DNA of 64,000 nucleotides, from contig NC_068994.1 in the NCBI RefSeq assembly GCF_001194135.2, forward strand, positions 20,808,215 to 20,872,214, read 5' to 3'. The notes under the pieces are model-generated. The model saw only the letters and a program-made list of their open reading frames with translations, was not told the DNA's origin and made no database searches. Every line of letters starts with the position of its first letter. Position 1 is the stretch's first letter. Made by a program: the position numbers and the translations under genes. Below, one piece after another: positions 62,890 through 64,000 of the stretch. Source of the stretch: Octopus bimaculoides (taxonomy: Eukaryota).

Positions 62890-63510
62890 GGAGTTCAGTA
62901 CCTTTTCTGCTTGGGGATTATTTCTAAATGTTCAGTCTATTAATGTTTTCTGTTACTGCTTCGTCTAGGCTCAATCTCTTTCAGTGCTGGCACATCGAAC
63001 ATGTCATAAAGCACTTCCATTGAAATTTCCTTCCTTTCTTCTGTATGTGTGATTTTTAATTGATTTAGGTGGCGTTTATGCTCCCATCATTGGCCTTTCA
63101 TTAAATACATCATATTTCCAATTCTTTTAGTCACTACACCATCCTGCCAACTCTCTTTACCATTCTTGTATACTTTCAAATGGACTTTGTTTCTGACATC
63201 AAAATGTTTAGTTGAATTTTTTGTATTTTCTCTATACGTTTTTTTCTTTGGCAACAATTTAATCTTTTGAGCAAACATTAGTTCTGCAGGCGATTTGCCT
63301 GAACTGGTATTCAGATTGGGTATTGTTCTGTACACCCTTGAAAATTTAGTTAGCACTTCATCATTTCTTAACTCGTTACTTGCTTTTTTTAGTACTTGCT
63401 TGAAAGCATCTACAAATCGTTCTGCTTGCCCATTTGACCTTGGGTGGTAGGGCAGGGAAAACATGTGCTTGACTACATGCATTTTGCAGAATTTTTTAGT
63501 TTCAGAACAT
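62890..63510 (-). mobile_element. Ty3/Gypsy pol remnant (integrase core and C-terminal region)
   Basis: ORF 63087-63482 has PYHPRSNGQAERFVDAFKQ, YRTIPN..SGKSPAELMF and WQDGVVTKRIG. Another frame continues KRHLNQLK...PRRSS. Confidence 0.9.
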
Positions 63511-63895
63511 GAGGCATTTTGAAAAATAACCTCAGTGTAATCGGTAGAACTATGTGCAAGTCTTATTTCATGAAGACAATACGTGTATAGTTCTGCAAAT
63601 TATATTGATTCTAGAACGGCTGTGCTGACGAGAACATGGATGTCATTATGTAAGTAAAACGCTAATGTTCAAAACTGCAGTACACAGCTAATTCTTTATT
63701 TTACATTTCTCATTTTGTCGTGTTCTGGTGCTTTGCGAAATTTTTCTGGAGAACATTATTTTTCTGTGGTTGGGTCGTTGGTGACCTCTTTCTAGCATAT
63801 TGGATGTCCACCTGAATTTTCAGATTTTTTTATATGCTAGGCCACTTGGTTTTAAATTGAATTAATAGTCAATTTATCACCCTATCTATATAAAT

Positions 63896-63896
63896 A

Positions 63897-63953
<57 letters not shown>

Positions 63954-64000
63954 CATATGTATATATACATATGTATATATACATATGTATATATACATAT
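63896..64000. repeat. (TA)n-(GT)n followed by a 14-bp tandem repeat (ATATATACATATGT)n
   Basis: Read directly; runs off the window edge. Confidence 0.9.

Noticed and set aside
1-64000. CRISPR arrays, operons, rRNA or prokaryotic defence systems
   Set aside because: There is no repeat-spacer periodicity, no dense ORFs and no rRNA-like sequence. The window is intron-rich animal DNA.

Overview
AT-rich, repeat-dense animal genomic scaffold with five N-gaps. It is most likely a cephalopod (Octopus-type); this is inferred from the SINE/RTE repeat landscape, not from a database search. No prokaryotic features are present. Almost all ORFs in the supplied track are artefacts of gaps, microsatellites or decayed transposons. 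Real coding signal: four short GT-AG exons on the + strand (4687-4762, 21072-21516, 34991-35046, 57739-57847) that join in frame across three introns of 13-23 kb into part of one unidentified protein. The introns hold several tRNA-derived SINE families, RTE and CR1/L2 LINE remnants, piggyBac-type (TTAA) and hAT MITEs, mariner derivatives, Helitron ends and a Ty3/Gypsy fragment. The most notable object is a pair of head-to-head SINE-like elements at 8934-9170 (-) and 9826-10078 (+). They combine a tRNA-Arg-like Pol III promoter, an (AAT)n spacer and a minimal type I hammerhead ribozyme. The right copy has an intact catalytic core; the left copy has a core A6G change. SINE and LINE boundaries are approximate unless a TSD or TIR is given.
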